Source: Minisyncoccota bacterium (lineage in GTDB: Bacteria; Patescibacteriota; Minisyncoccia; Phycocordibacterales; UBA9973). Taken from it: 36,177 nucleotides of DNA. The position numbers and the translations under genes were made by a program. Location of the stretch: NCBI GenBank assembly GCA_017992215.1, contig JAGOOZ010000002.1, forward strand, positions 1 through 36,177. The letters are read 5' to 3'. Shown here piece by piece: positions 9,521-19,432 of this stretch. The notes beneath the pieces were generated by a model, which was not told where the DNA came from, searched no databases, and saw nothing but the letters and a program-made list of their open reading frames with translations. Position 1 is the first letter of the stretch. Every line of letters starts with the position of its first letter.

Positions 9521-10009
9521 TTATAAGGTATTTTTAAATTTTTCATGAGCAAAACAGGTAAGTCCACATGCAATAGCATCTATCTCGTCATCTGATGTGA
9601 TTTTTTTGTCGTATGAGATAAGTCGAGGAACCATATCTATAATCATTTTCTTGTCAGCGTTTCCGTATCCGGTTACTGCAAGTTTTATTTGTGGTGGTGT
9701 GTATTCATAGACGGGGAGTTTGTTTCGAGATGCGGTGTAGATGATAACCCCTCGAGCCTCGGCTACATTCATAGCTGTTTTTTGGTTATTGCTGAAATAG
9801 AGTTTCTCGAGTGCGAGTGCTTTAGGTTCGTATTCCTTGATGACACGTTCAAGTTCTTCTCCGATGAGAGCAAGTCGTAGAGCAAAAGAGAGGCGAGGGG
9901 ACGTCTTGAAGCATTGAGAATAGATAAGTGTTTCTTTTCGTGAGGGTGATTGGTCTAGTATTGCAATACCAAGTCGTTCAAACCCAGGGTCAATAGAAAG
10001 AATTCTCAT
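9521..10009 (-). CDS. ruvC: crossover junction endodeoxyribonuclease RuvC
   Basis: MRILSIDPGFERLGIAILD... is a typical RuvC N-terminus. Start set at the ATG at 10007-10009, 4 nt after the ruvB stop. Confidence 0.9.
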   Translation of the reverse strand: MRILSIDPGFERLGIAILDQSPSRKETLIYSQCFKTSPRLSFALRLALIGEELERVIKEYEPKALALEKLYFSNNQKTAMNVAEARGVIIYTASRNKLPVYEYTPPQIKLAVTGYGNADKKMIIDMVPRLISYDKKITSDDEIDAIACGLTCFAHEKFKNTL

Positions 10010-10013
10010 GTTT

Positions 10014-11003
10014 TTAATTTGTATAATCAAACCCAAGATGCTCGTATCCTTTTTTTGTTACGACTCGACCACGCGTTGTTCTCTCGATAAGTCCAAGCTG
10101 GATAAGATATGGCTCGATTACTTCTTCGATGGTCGCCTCTTCTTCGCTTGTTGCCGCAGAGATTGTTTTAAGGCCAACAGGACCACCACCAAATTTACTA
10201 ATGATAATCTCAAGAACTCGACGGTCTGAAGCAGAAAGACCTATTTCGTCTATCTCGAGAAGTGCGAGTGCTTTCTTGACGGCATCTTTTGAGATGGGGG
10301 TCTTGTGTACTTGTGCATAATCACGGCATCGTTTTAAAAGGTAGTTTGCAGTACGAGGGGTAAAGCGAGCGCGAGAGGCTATTTCTCCAAGTGCTTCTTC
10401 GTCAAATTCAATACCAAGGATTTCTGCTGATCGTTTGAGGATTTTTTTGATTTCACTATCTTTGTAAAATTCAAGACGAAATACTCCCCCCGAAAAACGA
10501 GAGCGAAGTGGGGAAGAGAGGAGTGCAATACGTGTTGTTGCTGCGATAAGTGTAAACGGAGGAAGTTCAAGTTGTATTGTACGGGCGGAAGGTCCTTTAC
10601 CGATAATAATATCAAGAACACCAGATTCCATTGCAGGGTAGAGAACCTCCTCAACCATTTTGTTGAGTCGGTGTATCTCATCAATAAAGACAATATCACC
10701 AGGGGCAAGGTTTGTGAGAATAGAAGCGAGGTCTCCGACCTTTTCAATCGCAGGACCAGAGGTGATTTTGATTTGTCTTCGTGTTTCTTTTGCGATGAGA
10801 TGCGCAAGTGTTGTTTTGCCGAGTCCTGGTGGGCCATAAAATAAGATATGTTCTGCGGGGTGAGAGCGTTCTTCTGCTGCGGTGAGAAGAATACGCAGGT
10901 TTGCTTTGATGTTTTCCTGTCCAATATAGTCATCCCACGCACTTGGCCTCAGTGTATGGTCGAGAAAGCCTTCATCTTTGATTGTTTCGGGGGTGCTTGA
11001 CAT
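10014..11003 (-). CDS. ruvB: Holliday junction branch migration helicase RuvB
   Basis: 329 aa with Walker A (GPPGLGKTT), Walker B (IVFIDEIHR) and RuvB-like sensor regions. Confidence 0.97.
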   Translation of the reverse strand: MSSTPETIKDEGFLDHTLRPSAWDDYIGQENIKANLRILLTAAEERSHPAEHILFYGPPGLGKTTLAHLIAKETRRQIKITSGPAIEKVGDLASILTNLAPGDIVFIDEIHRLNKMVEEVLYPAMESGVLDIIIGKGPSARTIQLELPPFTLIAATTRIALLSSPLRSRFSGGVFRLEFYKDSEIKKILKRSAEILGIEFDEEALGEIASRARFTPRTANYLLKRCRDYAQVHKTPISKDAVKKALALLEIDEIGLSASDRRVLEIIISKFGGGPVGLKTISAATSEEEATIEEVIEPYLIQLGLIERTTRGRVVTKKGYEHLGFDYTN

Positions 11004-11391
11004 TGTTATCAGTATATGCTATACTCTCATTAGAAAGTTCGTATATTGATAGTATATCATTTTTAGGGGCATACGTTTATATACCAAAAAAAGAAGATAG
11101 TAATCTCTAAGCAATCGGCCACGTGCTCTATATATGTGCATAGGACGTTCTGGTTTATATTTATATTTACTGGAGCTATCCTGTAATCATGTGTTACTTC
11201 ATTAGCTATATGCTTTTAAAGGATTGTTTAGAGATTACTGTTCTCTTTTTGGGTCTGTAAGGGTCTATGCTTTTGGGTGGAGCATATTCATACGAAGGAA
11301 TCGATGTATCGATGAAGTTTTGTAGGCAAAGAAGATTTTCTTCGTGTACCCACATCTTGGTTTGATGACTGAATAATAAAAGGGAACAACG

Positions 11392-11419
11392 CCCGCAACC
11401 AAATGGTTGCGGGTTTTTT
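11392..11419. terminator. intrinsic terminator hairpin just beyond the pilB stop
   Basis: CCCGCAACC (11392-11400), loop AAAT, GGTTGCGGG (11405-11413). T6 on the plus side, and A-tract/T-rich sequence on the minus side. Lies 18 nt after the pilB stop. Confidence 0.6.
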
Positions 11420-11430
11420 GTTCTCATTTT

Positions 11431-13131
11431 TTAATTTTCGTAGAAATCAACAACACTTCCAACTTCTTCGTATGACGTTATTCCCTTGAGTATCTTTACA
11501 ATACCGTCTTGTCTCATATCAAGATATCCTTGTGTTTTTGCAATATCTTGAATTTGTCGTTCGCTTGGGTTGTTAGGGATGATTTGCTCTATCTCTTTTG
11601 TTTTACAAATTGCTTCGAAGATTCCAATTCGCCCTTTATATCCAGTATTGTTACATGCGGGGCATCCCGTCGGTGCGTATAGTGTAAATGGATTGTGTTC
11701 ATCGATGCCGTGTTTTGAAATATCTTTACCATCTTTTTTTGCTTGATCCATAACCATTGTGATGATTCGAGATTCTTCTTCTGTTGGTGATACTTCTTTT
11801 TTGCACACAGTACAAAGCTTTCGAACAAGTCGCTGTGCGATTGAAAGAGAAAGTGCAGAGACGAGAATTTTTGGATTTACTTCAAGGTCGATAAGGCGGG
11901 GGATTACTCCAGCAGCGTTGTTTGTGTGAAGTGTTGAGAAGACAAGGTGACCAGTGAGTGCTGATTCGACTGCGATTTTTGCTGTTTCACTATCACGAAT
12001 TTCTCCAACCATAATAACGTCAGGGTCTTGTCGGAGTGATGAGCGAAGTCCTTCGAGGAAGGTATATCCTTTTTCATTTTCTGTTTGTGTTTGTGTGATA
12101 CCTGGAAGGTGGTATTCAATAGGGTCTTCGATTGTAATAATTTTTATTTCAGGAGAATAGATTTTCTGAAGAAATGAGTACAGGGTTGTTGTTTTACCAC
12201 TTCCTGTCGGGCCAGTAAGGAGAATCATACCGTTTGGTTTTTTGATTTCACGCATGAATACCTCAAAGAGGTCAGGTGAGATACCGAGGTCTTCGAGTTT
12301 TACTCGAATTGATTTTGGATTTAAGATACGCATAACAATAGATTCACCATATGCTCCAGGGATTAGTGACACACGAAGACTAATCTCTTCTTCGTCGAGA
12401 AAAATACTAAAACGCCCATCCTGGGCAATTGCCGAAGATGTTATTTTGAGCCCCGCAAGGAGTTTGATTCGCGAATTAAGAAGCTTGTGAACACTTGGTT
12501 TGAGTTCCATTACTTCGTGGAGTACACCATCAAGACGAAAACGAAGCCTGACGACATCTTCCTCTGGTTCAAAGTGAAGGTCAGATGCATTAATAGCAAT
12601 CGCGCCAGCGAGTGCTATTTCGAGAATGTGTGACGTTGTGTGGGTGTTATCTTTTTGTGTTTGAACGATAGCGTCTTTGATGTCGGTGATATTTTTAATA
12701 CCAAGCATTATTTCCTTGAGTGCTGTTCCTGATATTTCCATACTTCCGACGCGAGACTCAGACGCATACGATATTTCAGTGTATCGGTCCCATGCTTTTG
12801 CAAGGCTTGCATTTGATGCCATGTAAAAATGTGGTGTATAGCCATGATCAACAAAGTATTTTTTTGCCTGTGCAAGAATATCTTCTTGAGGAGACACAAC
12901 AGCAACATGAACATCCTTACCGAGAAGTTTGAATGGTGCGATATTGAGCATGCGAGCTTCTTTTTCTGTCATGAGACGTAATGCTTCATTTTCGACAGGT
13001 ATGTTTGCGAGGTTGATCGAAGGGATACCGTACTTTGCTTGAGAGAGAATAACGACAAGGTCTTCTTCTTCTTGTTTTCTGAAATCATCAAGGTCTTTTT
13101 TCTGCTTTTCGTCGTCAAATTGGATAGTCAT
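11431..13131 (-). CDS. pilB: type IV pilus / type II secretion assembly ATPase (PilB/GspE family)
   Basis: N-terminal T2SSE_N-like domain, Walker A (LLTGPTGSGKTTT), Asp and His boxes, and a tetracysteine motif (CTVC...CPAC). Start moved to MTIQFDD (ATG 13129-13131), because the upstream 23 codons cover the divergent promoter region. Confidence 0.9.
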   Translation of the reverse strand: MTIQFDDEKQKKDLDDFRKQEEEDLVVILSQAKYGIPSINLANIPVENEALRLMTEKEARMLNIAPFKLLGKDVHVAVVSPQEDILAQAKKYFVDHGYTPHFYMASNASLAKAWDRYTEISYASESRVGSMEISGTALKEIMLGIKNITDIKDAIVQTQKDNTHTTSHILEIALAGAIAINASDLHFEPEEDVVRLRFRLDGVLHEVMELKPSVHKLLNSRIKLLAGLKITSSAIAQDGRFSIFLDEEEISLRVSLIPGAYGESIVMRILNPKSIRVKLEDLGISPDLFEVFMREIKKPNGMILLTGPTGSGKTTTLYSFLQKIYSPEIKIITIEDPIEYHLPGITQTQTENEKGYTFLEGLRSSLRQDPDVIMVGEIRDSETAKIAVESALTGHLVFSTLHTNNAAGVIPRLIDLEVNPKILVSALSLSIAQRLVRKLCTVCKKEVSPTEEESRIITMVMDQAKKDGKDISKHGIDEHNPFTLYAPTGCPACNNTGYKGRIGIFEAICKTKEIEQIIPNNPSERQIQDIAKTQGYLDMRQDGIVKILKGITSYEEVGSVVDFYEN

Positions 13132-13239
13132 ATAGGTCTTATTATATCGTACGAAGGGTATAAGAAGGTACTTGACATTTAGTATAAAATATGCTAGCAT
13201 AAAGAAAAATAACTATAAGACACAAAAGTAAATACGTTT

Positions 13240-14151
13240 ATGAAAAAGTTCTTTGTAATTCTGTGTATGTTCCTTGGAGGGGCATACACAAGCACCGCAG
13301 CGGAACGTCTCCGCTGGGTAACATGGGTGAACAAGCCCAATCACGTTGCAACCGCCTCAGAGTTGGCTACGATGGTGTACGCAGTATCAATCGGTGAGTG
13401 TAAACCAAATACGGTATACGAACTCGAAACTGGTACTCGCTACAAAATCTCAAAGCCTGATTTGTGGTTCGAGACAATCCTTGAGTGTTATCAGAACGTT
13501 GACCAGAATGTTACCGCTAGTAATTTAGCAGTAACAATCAAAAATGACGATGTTGTTGTTTGGGATAATAATATTACCCAAAGGGTAAATAATTACTACC
13601 CCTCTTTGGCTCACAACAAAGCTCTTTTTGTTAGCAATTATTCTGGTGCGTCAGTTGGATGTGAAGTGTTGGTTCACAATGGATATCCTGTTGTGAAAAT
13701 GGATTGTGGTAATCCGCTTGGTTTGATTCGGTCACGACCCCCTGTAGTTCGTCCTCCTGCTCCTGTTGCTGTTGCGCAAGCACCAGTACAGTCACAGTGT
13801 GCATGTCCTCATATGTACATTGCACCGGCAGAGACACTCAAAACCAGTTCGTCTGACATTTATGTTGTAAATAGTGGAAACACTACCTATCAACAAGCAG
13901 AACGTCACTGGTGGGACAATGTGTATTTGAATGTTAACTTTGGTGGACAGTACCAACAACCGTATCAGCCGTATCGTCCTCCGTATTACCAACAACCGTA
14001 TCAGCCCCCGTATTACCAACCGCAATATCAACCACGTACAATGCCTCCGGGTATAAGCGATGGTGGTGGTATTCCGATGTGGAATGAAGGTCCGACAAGT
14101 GGTGGCGGTATTCCCGCTACACCTCGTGGTATGCCAGGCGGTGTGCGGTAG
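13240..14151 (+). CDS. secreted hypothetical protein with a Q/P/Y-rich C-terminal low-complexity tail
   Basis: Signal peptide MKKFFVILCMFLGGAYTSTAAE. C-terminus reads QQPYQPYRPPYYQQPYQPPYYQPQYQP followed by a G/P-rich end. No recognised family. Confidence 0.6.
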   Translation: MKKFFVILCMFLGGAYTSTAAERLRWVTWVNKPNHVATASELATMVYAVSIGECKPNTVYELETGTRYKISKPDLWFETILECYQNVDQNVTASNLAVTIKNDDVVVWDNNITQRVNNYYPSLAHNKALFVSNYSGASVGCEVLVHNGYPVVKMDCGNPLGLIRSRPPVVRPPAPVAVAQAPVQSQCACPHMYIAPAETLKTSSSDIYVVNSGNTTYQQAERHWWDNVYLNVNFGGQYQQPYQPYRPPYYQQPYQPPYYQPQYQPRTMPPGISDGGGIPMWNEGPTSGGGIPATPRGMPGGVR

Positions 14152-14255
14152 AAAAAAATGTACGGGACACGCATAATTTTGTGTCCCTTACTTTTTTAAG
14201 TCTTTAACGAGCGCCGTTGAAGCTTTAAAATTGTAAACAGTTAATAATAAACAAT

Positions 14256-15995
14256 ATGAAAACATTTATGAAAAAAATAATGGTCGCGTTGATGTTTGGA
14301 GGAATGCTTCTTTCATCAACCTCAACTGCACAGGCAGCATGGAATACATATCCATCTGACTGTCCACTTCCGCTCACTATCGGTAACTATACGACTGGTG
14401 ACGGTATTCAAAATGGCTCAAATGGATGCTGGACAAAAACAAGTATCCAAGCACAGCCAGGTCAGGTTATTAATATTGCCGTATTTTATGACAATACAAA
14501 TAACTCACACGCAGGTAATACGACAATTCGTCTTACACAGTCTCCGTCTGGTTCAATGACGCAAGCGTATGCGACATACACATTCTCTGGAACACTTTCT
14601 TCAAGTGCGGGGAATCTAAACCTTTCGCAGGTAACAGCAAACCTTACAAGTGCACAAACACTTACATTTGGTCAGGCTGCGTGGTTCCGTAATGGCTCAT
14701 CGACTGGAGTATCACTTCCGTCTGGTCAGACAGGATACGAAGCTTTTAATGGTGGTGTGTCTCTTGGGACAATCAACAAAGGTGATTGGGGTACAGTACT
14801 CTTTTCATTTACAGTAGGTACAGATGGAAATAACAATAACAACAATACATACTGTGATCCAACAATCAGTGCAAATCAGACACAGGTAACAATCGGTCAG
14901 CCGGTAACAATTAGTTGGTATGCAAATGATTGTATTTCTGCATCTGTTGTTGGCCCAGGATTGTCAAATGGAAATCGAAGTGGCTCACAAACAGTGTATC
15001 CAACTATTGGAAGTAATACGTATACAATCACTGGATACAGTTCAAATGGCTCAACTCGAACAGATTCTGTGACGGTTACAGCGGTTGGTTCATATCAGCC
15101 ACCAGTACAGAATTCATGTGCTGTTACGACTGTTGCGACTAATGTTGGTTCAAACCAGGTAACACTAAACGGTATGGTTTCAAACACACAGGGGTATGGA
15201 ACAGGTGCTTCATATTTTGAATATGGAACAAGTGTTGCTCTCGGCATGCGAACGCAATCTCGATACGTGAATGGTGTATCAGCATTTTCTGAAACAGTAT
15301 CTAATCTCTCTTCAAACACAATTTACTTCTTCCGTCTTGTTACTGAATGTAACGGTGTCGCATCATTTGGTGCAACAGAAATATTCCGAACACAAGGTAC
15401 TGGAGTTGTACGACAGACTGTAGTACAAGGTACAACAGTTATCGGAACAGCATCTCCAATTATGCTCAAGATTGAAAATCGATATCAGTTTATTGGCGCA
15501 GGGGATACTGTTGATTATGCAGTAACATACAGAAATATCGGTAAATCAACACTCACTCGTCCAGTTCTTCAGGTTGTTGTTCCAAAAGGAATTACAATAA
15601 CAAATGCGTCTCGTGGTACATATGTACATGATACTCGTACGCTCACTGCTCCACTTGAGGATCTCGCACCTGGTGCAGGTGGAATCGTATACCTTCAGGG
15701 GTATGTTGATTCTGTCCCTTCAGATACAGCACAGATTGTTTCAACAGCAATCCTTGTGTATACAAATCCAAACGGCGCTCAAGAAAATGCAATTGCCTAT
15801 GTGTTAAATAGTCCAAAGGATGGCACAAATCTCCTTGGTGCAGCCGCACTCTTCGGTAGTTTTGGTTCACTCGGTCTTATCGGATGGTTACTCCTTATTA
15901 TCATTATAATGATACTCATTATTCTTTCTCGAAAAGCATTTGAGAAAAAAGAAGAAAAGGATTCTCATTCTGTACCACCAGTACATCACTATTAA
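14256..15995 (+). CDS. cell-surface protein: signal peptide, Ig/DUF11-like repeat region, C-terminal TM anchor
   Basis: Signal peptide ending ...STAQA, S/T/N/G-rich beta-type composition, a DUF11-like segment (DTVDYAVTYRNIGKSTLTRPVLQVVVPKGITITNASRG), and a C-terminal hydrophobic anchor (LIGWLLLIIIIMILIIL) followed by a charged tail. Confidence 0.65.
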   Translation: MKTFMKKIMVALMFGGMLLSSTSTAQAAWNTYPSDCPLPLTIGNYTTGDGIQNGSNGCWTKTSIQAQPGQVINIAVFYDNTNNSHAGNTTIRLTQSPSGSMTQAYATYTFSGTLSSSAGNLNLSQVTANLTSAQTLTFGQAAWFRNGSSTGVSLPSGQTGYEAFNGGVSLGTINKGDWGTVLFSFTVGTDGNNNNNNTYCDPTISANQTQVTIGQPVTISWYANDCISASVVGPGLSNGNRSGSQTVYPTIGSNTYTITGYSSNGSTRTDSVTVTAVGSYQPPVQNSCAVTTVATNVGSNQVTLNGMVSNTQGYGTGASYFEYGTSVALGMRTQSRYVNGVSAFSETVSNLSSNTIYFFRLVTECNGVASFGATEIFRTQGTGVVRQTVVQGTTVIGTASPIMLKIENRYQFIGAGDTVDYAVTYRNIGKSTLTRPVLQVVVPKGITITNASRGTYVHDTRTLTAPLEDLAPGAGGIVYLQGYVDSVPSDTAQIVSTAILVYTNPNGAQENAIAYVLNSPKDGTNLLGAAALFGSFGSLGLIGWLLLIIIIMILIILSRKAFEKKEEKDSHSVPPVHHY

Positions 15996-16006
15996 GAAGC
16001 ATAAAA

Positions 16007-16034
16007 ATACCCCCACTTTTGTGGGGGTATTTTT
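16007..16034 (+). terminator. intrinsic terminator
   Basis: ATACCCCCAC (16007-16016), loop TTTT, GTGGGGGTAT (16021-16030), then TTTT. Confidence 0.8.
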
Positions 16035-16050
16035 ATGCTAGGATACACAT

Positions 16051-16491
16051 ATGAAGAAACAGATTACACAGAAAGACCTGGGGCATATCTCTCGAGAGAT
16101 TATCGAGGGGTGTATGAATATAAAAAAACAAACAGCTCACGTAGTTGCTCTTTCTGGTGATTTGGGTGCAGGGAAAACAACGCTTACACAACACATTGCA
16201 CACGAACTTGGTATTGGTGAGAAAATACAATCACCAACATTTGTGATAATGAAATTTTACCCCATCACTCGACCAAAAAGTGTCTATAAAAAATTGATAC
16301 ACATTGACGCATATCGACTCAGTAACGACGAAGAATTAAAAAACCTCGGGTGGGATACCTACCTTGCTTCGCCTGAGAATTTGATTATTGTTGAGTGGCC
16401 AGAACACGTGTCAGGGTGTATTCCCCTTGATGCAGGGCGTATCTACTTGTCTCATATTGACGATGAGACTCGTTCTCTCGAAATATCCTAG
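16051..16491 (+). CDS. tsaE: tRNA t6A37 biosynthesis ATPase TsaE (YjeE)
   Basis: 146 aa with P-loop LSGDLGAGKTT, SPTFVIM, and the HIDAYRL pattern typical of TsaE. Confidence 0.85.
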   Translation: MKKQITQKDLGHISREIIEGCMNIKKQTAHVVALSGDLGAGKTTLTQHIAHELGIGEKIQSPTFVIMKFYPITRPKSVYKKLIHIDAYRLSNDEELKNLGWDTYLASPENLIIVEWPEHVSGCIPLDAGRIYLSHIDDETRSLEIS

Positions 16492-16508
16492 GGTGATATA
16501 CTATATCT

Positions 16509-18908
16509 ATGGCCACAAAGAAAACACCCCAGAAGCGACTTGTCCTTCTTGATACTCATGCGATTATTCATCGGGCATATCATGCATTGCCTGAATTTAT
16601 GAATTCAAAGGGTGAACCAACGGGTGCTATCTATGGACTTGCTACGATGCTTTTCAAAATCATTAGCGAACTCTCACCTGACTATATTGTGGCGTGTTAC
16701 GATTTACCTAAAAAGACATTTCGACATGAAGCCTATGATGGCTACAAAGCAGGCCGAGCAAAAACTGATGACGCTCTTGTTGCTCAGCTGATTCGCTCTC
16801 GTGAATTTTTTACTGCATTCTCAATTCCCATGTATGAATGTGAAGGATTCGAGGCCGATGATTTACTCGGAACTATTTCAACGCATATTGTAAAAAACAA
16901 TGAACCAATCGATGTGATTATTGCCTCTGGCGACATGGACACACTTCAACTCGTCGATGATGCTCGGGTTCGTGTATATACACTCAAGAAGGGGATTAAC
17001 GATACGATTCTCTATGATGAAGAAAAAGTCATCGAACGATTTGGGTTTAAACCAGTGTACTTACCAGACTACAAAGGTCTTCGTGGTGACCCCTCTGATA
17101 ATATTATCGGTATCAAGGGTATTGGAGAGAAAACAGCGACGACGCTTATTGGAGCATTTGGTACTATCGAAGAATTGTATCGCGTAATAAAAAAAGACCC
17201 TGAGCGGGTTCGAGCACTTGGGATAACAACTCGAGTAGTGGATCTTTTAATTTCTGGTGAAGACGAAGCGCTCTTTTCAAAAACACTTGCGACAATTCGT
17301 CGCGACGCACCAATTCATTTTTCTACACCGACAACAACGTGGAAAGAAAACCTCCACACAGAAACAGTTGCTCAGTTTTTTCAAACAATGGAATTTCGTA
17401 GTTTACAGAATAGACTTACTACACTTCTCTCTGATGGAGAAAATACCGCGGAAGAAAAAGAAGCCCCAGTTGCCCCACTTGTTGTTACAGAGGGAGACGA
17501 AGAGCTTTTTATTCATGCACAGATTGCACTGTGGCTTCTTGATTCAGATAAGACAGACCCTCGCCTTGAAGATATTTTTGCATATACGAAAAAACAAACA
17601 TTAAGAGAAGCGCTTTCTATTCTCGAGGAGCGTATCAAGAAAGAATCTCTTCTGTATGTCTATCGAGAGATTGAATTACCAATTGTTCCAATTATTAAAG
17701 AAATGGAAACCTCTGGGATATTGCTCGATACTGCCTACCTCTCAAAACTTTCAAAAGAATATCACAGCGATCTTTCAAAACTAGAAAAAGAAATATGGAA
17801 ACTCTCAGGTAAAGAATTTAATGTGAATTCCCCAAAGCAATTAGGAGAAGTGCTGTTTGATGATATGGGGCTTTCAGTGAAGGGGATGAAGAAATCAGCG
17901 GGTGGAGCGCGCTCGACTCGTGAAAGTGAACTCGAGAAACTTCGGGATTTGCATCCTATTATCGGGAAGATTCTCGAGTATCGTGAACTTCAGAAATTAC
18001 TTTCAACATATATTGATACACTTCCGGATACTCTTCTAGATGATGGGAGGTTGCACGCACGATTTATTCAGACAGGTACAACAACAGGACGTTTTTCTTC
18101 GAGTAATCCAAATCTCCAAAATATTCCAATCAAATCAGAGCGTGGTAAAAATATCAGACGAGCATTTATTGCAGAGAAGGGGTATGTGCTTGCATCATTT
18201 GATTATTCACAAATCGAACTTCGTGTTGCAGCGCTTCTTTCTCAGGACGAATATTTTATCAAAGCATTTCGTGATGGTAGAGATATTCATCAGGCTGTCG
18301 CGATGAAAGTATTTGGTGTTGGTGAAAATGAAGTAACACACGACATGCGACGCAGAGCAAAGGTTATTAATTTTGGTATTCTCTATGGTATGGGCGTGAC
18401 TGCTCTTCGTGCAAATCTTGGTACTGACAGAAAAGAAGCACAGGCATTTTATGATAATTATTTTGCACAATTTCCATCAATAGCAGGGTATCTTGAGAGT
18501 ATCAAGAATTTTGCAAAGAAACATGGATACACGGAGACGCTTTTTGGTCGTCGAAGGTATTTCCCAGGGATTAAATCAAGCATTCCCTTTATGAAGGCAA
18601 TGGCTGAACGGATGGCAACAAATGCCCCGATTCAAGGGACTGCAACAGCTGATATTATTAAAATTGGCATGAAGCGTGCACATGATGAATTAGTAAAAGC
18701 TGGTATTATCTCGGGTGTTCGACTCGTGCTCCAGGTTCACGATGAATTGGTATATGAAATCAAAGAGGAATTGCTTGATCAGGCAAAGGGTCTTATTGAG
18801 AATGCAATGAAGAATGCCATTCCAAATGAATTTTTGGAAAATTTAGAACCCGTTCCTCTTCAGGTATCATCAGATACAGGGCATAATTGGGGTGCAATGA
18901 AGGAGTAG
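16509..18908 (+). CDS. polA: DNA polymerase I
   Basis: 799 aa with an N-terminal 5'-3' exonuclease/FEN domain (LLDTHAIIHRAYHA, GIKGIGEKTA) and family A polymerase motifs (DYSQIELRV, RRRAKVINFGILYGM, QVHDELV). Confidence 0.95.
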   Translation: MATKKTPQKRLVLLDTHAIIHRAYHALPEFMNSKGEPTGAIYGLATMLFKIISELSPDYIVACYDLPKKTFRHEAYDGYKAGRAKTDDALVAQLIRSREFFTAFSIPMYECEGFEADDLLGTISTHIVKNNEPIDVIIASGDMDTLQLVDDARVRVYTLKKGINDTILYDEEKVIERFGFKPVYLPDYKGLRGDPSDNIIGIKGIGEKTATTLIGAFGTIEELYRVIKKDPERVRALGITTRVVDLLISGEDEALFSKTLATIRRDAPIHFSTPTTTWKENLHTETVAQFFQTMEFRSLQNRLTTLLSDGENTAEEKEAPVAPLVVTEGDEELFIHAQIALWLLDSDKTDPRLEDIFAYTKKQTLREALSILEERIKKESLLYVYREIELPIVPIIKEMETSGILLDTAYLSKLSKEYHSDLSKLEKEIWKLSGKEFNVNSPKQLGEVLFDDMGLSVKGMKKSAGGARSTRESELEKLRDLHPIIGKILEYRELQKLLSTYIDTLPDTLLDDGRLHARFIQTGTTTGRFSSSNPNLQNIPIKSERGKNIRRAFIAEKGYVLASFDYSQIELRVAALLSQDEYFIKAFRDGRDIHQAVAMKVFGVGENEVTHDMRRRAKVINFGILYGMGVTALRANLGTDRKEAQAFYDNYFAQFPSIAGYLESIKNFAKKHGYTETLFGRRRYFPGIKSSIPFMKAMAERMATNAPIQGTATADIIKIGMKRAHDELVKAGIISGVRLVLQVHDELVYEIKEELLDQAKGLIENAMKNAIPNEFLENLEPVPLQVSSDTGHNWGAMKE

Positions 18909-18943
18909 CACAAATCATAATCTGTGGTACGATACACGTATAT

Positions 18944-19432
18944 ATGGATACACACGAAAAGGTAAAAGCAGACTCATCATATGCAATACATATGGTCCTC
19001 TCTCATTCATACACAATGTTTATGCTCGCACTTGTTGCTGGGCTTGTTCTTCATCTTGTGTTTGAAATACCACTTTTTGTATCTGGGGCATATCAGTATC
19101 TCGGGGTGGTGTTGATTATTATAGGGACATATCTTGTCTGGTGGGCTCAATCAACAACAAGAAAAACAAAACAAGAAATGAGCCAAACACAGCCTTCTCG
19201 TGATTTTGCTCGTGGCCCATACAAGTACAGCCGTAATCCTACACACATTGGGCTCACACTCACAACGCTCGGTCTCGGACTTATCTTGAATTCTTTTTTT
19301 ATTTTTGTTGTGACGATTATTGCATCACTTATTTCGAAATATATTTTTATTAAAAAAGAAGAAGCACTTCTTGAGGAAAAATACGGCGATGAGTATCGTG
19401 AATACAAGAAGACAGTGAGTACATGGGTATGA
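18944..19432 (+). CDS. membrane methyltransferase of the isoprenylcysteine carboxyl / phospholipid methyltransferase-like family
   Basis: Polytopic protein. C-terminal region GPYKYSRNPTHIGL...EEALLEEKYGDEYREYKK matches the ICMT/PEMT-type signature. Start moved to the ATG at 18944 (the upstream part overlaps the polA end). Confidence 0.7.
   Translation: MDTHEKVKADSSYAIHMVLSHSYTMFMLALVAGLVLHLVFEIPLFVSGAYQYLGVVLIIIGTYLVWWAQSTTRKTKQEMSQTQPSRDFARGPYKYSRNPTHIGLTLTTLGLGLILNSFFIFVVTIIASLISKYIFIKKEEALLEEKYGDEYREYKKTVSTWV

Noticed and set aside
10379-10942. 187-aa alternative-frame ORF, plus several 60-90-aa ORFs, inside ruvB, PBP1A, polA, pilB, malic enzyme and other genes
   Set aside because: All are nested in or antisense to genes with strong family signatures. 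None has an independent signal.
11206-11427. 73-aa minus-strand ORF after pilB
   Set aside because: It begins inside the terminator hairpin at 11392-11419 and has odd composition. It has no support.
14826-14850. AAT/AAC tandem run
   Set aside because: It encodes a poly-Asn linker (GNNNNNNT) inside the surface protein. It is not an independent repeat locus or CRISPR.
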